58,562 nucleotides of DNA, from IMG/VR virus record IMGVR_UViG_3300002461_000269, positions 1 to 58,562 of that record; one strand, written 5' to 3'. The stretch comes from a virus. Its lineage: Duplodnaviria > Caudoviricetes. The translations under genes were made by a program, and so were the position numbers. Every line of letters starts with the position of its first letter. The stretch's first letter is position 1. Below, piece by piece: positions 56,195 through 58,562 of this stretch. The notes beneath the pieces were generated by a model that made no database searches, was not told the origin of the DNA, and saw only the letters and a program-made list of their open reading frames with translations.

Positions 56195-58562
56195 CCGCTC
56201 TTCAGGTAGCAAAGTCGCGTTCCACGGCGCGCACCGAAGCCCACGTTGCCTTTCGCGGCTCTGTTGCCAACCCTGAATGGGAGGGTATGGCTGTCACGGT
56301 TGCCAATGGCGACGGCAATGGTGGCGACTGGGGGGACGTAGGCCAGCCTGTGCCTTACGTATTCACCGCGCAGGCGCTTGGTGGGAGCACCACATCTGCG
56401 ACAATTTTGGGCGGGATCGCAACCGACTCAACCATTTGGGCTGGTGGTGTTTTCCCCGGCGGTAAGCTGCGTGTTTACAGGCCAGTCAGCGGTGTGATCG
56501 AGTTAATCCGCGAGGCAACGGTTACTGCGCAGGCGATGGATTATTTTGCGGTTCCATTTGGCACTACTGCGAACATTATCACCGGCACCAGCTTCGAACT
56601 GCGGATGGACAACATAACCGCGCGCGACACTTACACCTTTGGCGTTGCTCGCATTGTCGGAAGCCAAGTCGGGCCGATAGCCACCGTTTCAATTGCCGTG
56701 ACCGACGCTGGCTATACAACGCTCACGCCTGCCACACCCACGACCGGAGCGGCGCGGCCTGCTATCACAGGGCGTAATCCTGCGCTTGCCGCCGTTACCG
56801 GACTTAGCGCAGTAATCCGGGCCAGCACCACCCACAACGTGCAACTATCTTGGACGGGCGGTGCGCCGGACACTTATGTTGTGTTCATCAATTGGGATGG
56901 CACCAGCGACCGGCTTGAAACGGAATGCGCGCTTTCCTTTGCCAGCGGCCCTGCTGTGCAGGCCGGTGATATGCTCATATTCGAGGGCGCGCCGATCCTT
57001 TCGATTGACAATAGCTGGATCAGTCGCCGGGTGCGCGGTGCGCAGCTTACGCAAAACTACGGGCCGAATAATGTCACCTTCGGCTATAACAACAACGTGC
57101 CCGGTGGCCGGATTTGGCAGTATGTTGCGTATAGCGGCGGCGACCCTAAGCCCGACATAACGTATCCCGAGCATTTCCTGCGGTTGAACGGCACGGCGTC
57201 ACTGCCAGCCCGCGCAGAGCGTGCTTTTCATTCTGGCACAGATCAGGCCGATGCGTTTTATGATACCCTTGTGCCGGGTCGCACCTACCGGGCGCGCTTC
57301 CGCGTGCGCGCTGCATCGGCAATGATCGCAACCTTCGCCGTTGCCAGCGCGACCCTTTCCGGGTCTGGCACGGTGGCGCTCACGACTGCTTGGCAAGAGT
57401 TCGATTTTGACTTTTCCCGCGCCACCATCCTCAAGACCGGGGCGGCTCAAACGTGGTCGCTTACGGGCGCAACGAACAACGTCAGCATTGATCTTGCGCT
57501 GGTGCAGGTTTGGGATACGACGCGTCCCTATAATGCGCTGATGAGCGACCTGCCCGAAGGCATTGACGTTCGGGATCATAATCTCATCAAGGAGTTTCCA
57601 CCGCCGACGCTTGATGCAATCACATCGCGTCCCGGCTTTGGCCCGCGTGGGTGGTCATTGGTTTCCCTGCTGGCGATCTGCGCGTCGGATAGCTGCAACC
57701 CGCACTTCCAGATTGAATGGCTCTATGGCGATCAGTTCTATTACGATCTGGTGACCTTCCTCTACGCTCCCGCTGCTTCAAACGAACCGCTTGCGCTGAA
57801 GCGTGAGGCGCTGGGTTATGGCCCTGTCAACGTTGAGTTCGCTCGCCATCTTTACGAAGACGGCAACGAGCGTTGGAACAGCATTATGTGGGACATGTTC
57901 GCCAGCGCCACGGATAGCGTAACCGCTGAAGTGTATTCGCAGGGTGATCTTGCCGCCCTGTTTGCCAAGCGCCGCCGCGCGATCATGGAGAGCAACCCCT
58001 ACTTCCCCACGATCAACCCGCCCGTCGAATTTGTGGGCGGATGGCTGCGCAACACCGGCTTCACCGTGGACTCTGCGGCAGGATTTCCAGAAGCCGCTTA
58101 CACTTCGGTGGCTAACTATACATCGGGAACTGACGTTAACGGCGTTAACGTTTCCGACGCCGCCAATCGTTTTTCCGAAGTGCTGGCGGCGGGACAGGTG
58201 GATCATAGGCCCGCTCTAGAAAGCATCAAGGCGGCGGCTCCTTCGGGCTTGAAGTTGGCGATTTATGAAGCGGGGCCGGGCTACCAATTAAGCGGCCTGA
58301 ATGGCGCGGTCGTCACCACTGCTGAAAGGGTGGTGCAAGAGGTGTTTTGTAAATCCGTCGCTGGCACCACGGCACTAATGTCCAGCGTCGGCATTGGCGC
58401 GACTATCGGTTATGGCCCCTACAACTTCTTCACATGGGGCGAAGGCCCGCTTTGGCAGGCTGCGCGCAGACCCTCGGAGGCGGACGGGCATACTGGCGGC
58501 GCGCTTTACCGGGTCGCGTCGTTCCTCAAGCAGACCTATGAATTGCTGGGCAAGTGCCGCAT
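56191..58562 (+). CDS. Tail-associated glycoside hydrolase (CBM-like plus clan GH-A-like), truncated by window end
   Basis: Missing from the ORF track because it has no stop; frame 1 is open for ~790 codons. LVPGRTYRARF...LTTAWQEFDFDF is CBM4/9-like; YEDGNERWN and LAIYEAGPGY are the catalytic-type motifs. Confidence 0.72.
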   Translation, partial: MTALQVAKSRSTARTEAHVAFRGSVANPEWEGMAVTVANGDGNGGDWGDVGQPVPYVFTAQALGGSTTSATILGGIATDSTIWAGGVFPGGKLRVYRPVSGVIELIREATVTAQAMDYFAVPFGTTANIITGTSFELRMDNITARDTYTFGVARIVGSQVGPIATVSIAVTDAGYTTLTPATPTTGAARPAITGRNPALAAVTGLSAVIRASTTHNVQLSWTGGAPDTYVVFINWDGTSDRLETECALSFASGPAVQAGDMLIFEGAPILSIDNSWISRRVRGAQLTQNYGPNNVTFGYNNNVPGGRIWQYVAYSGGDPKPDITYPEHFLRLNGTASLPARAERAFHSGTDQADAFYDTLVPGRTYRARFRVRAASAMIATFAVASATLSGSGTVALTTAWQEFDFDFSRATILKTGAAQTWSLTGATNNVSIDLALVQVWDTTRPYNALMSDLPEGIDVRDHNLIKEFPPPTLDAITSRPGFGPRGWSLVSLLAICASDSCNPHFQIEWLYGDQFYYDLVTFLYAPAASNEPLALKREALGYGPVNVEFARHLYEDGNERWNSIMWDMFASATDSVTAEVYSQGDLAALFAKRRRAIMESNPYFPTINPPVEFVGGWLRNTGFTVDSAAGFPEAAYTSVANYTSGTDVNGVNVSDAANRFSEVLAAGQVDHRPALESIKAAAPSGLKLAIYEAGPGYQLSGLNGAVVTTAERVVQEVFCKSVAGTTALMSSVGIGATIGYGPYNFFTWGEGPLWQAARRPSEADGHTGGALYRVASFLKQTYELLGKCR

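Larger units (their letters stand above)
1..58562. mobile_element. Temperate podovirus-like phage genome, near complete, probably excised/circularly permuted
   Basis: Terminase, portal, capsid, tail, lysis, integrase, repressor and replication modules are present. There is no tape measure or sheath gene and no host housekeeping gene. Both window ends fall inside plus-strand ORFs of the tail/lysis region. Confidence 0.95.

Noticed and set aside
1-58562. tRNA, rRNA, IS elements, virion RNA polymerase
   Set aside because: No cloverleaf/T-loop, transposase or RNA polymerase motifs seen. Despite the N4-gp56-type capsid, the giant protein is not an N4-like virion RNA polymerase.

Overview
The window is almost the whole genome of a temperate, podovirus-like tailed phage with high GC. 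A GapR/DUF2312 gene points to an alphaproteobacterial host. The genome appears to be in excised, circularly permuted form, because an apparently intact attP sits beside the integrase with phage genes on both sides. Gene order: lysis cassette, ejection/internal virion proteins ending in a 4525-aa DarB-like polyvalent protein, P4-type integrase and attP, leftward early operon (deleted C5 methylase, AlpA excisionase, Bet recombinase), cI/cro switch, rightward replication operon, a ~6 kb cluster of small accessory genes, terminases, portal, scaffold, N4-gp56-type capsid, then tail and receptor-binding proteins. The most striking observation is that the giant virion gene carries three small genes hidden in its inter-domain linkers, two in the +1 frame and one antisense. 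Each lies directly after an enzymatic domain (ParB-like, RelA/SpoT-like, N6-methylase), and two have near-consensus sigma70 promoters of their own. This suggests a virion-delivered multi-effector protein with overprinted cognate partner or immunity genes. Second, the large terminase is split into two same-frame genes by a ~0.5 kb insert that encodes a small protein mimicking part of the major capsid protein. All family assignments come from motif recognition by eye; no database searches were run.
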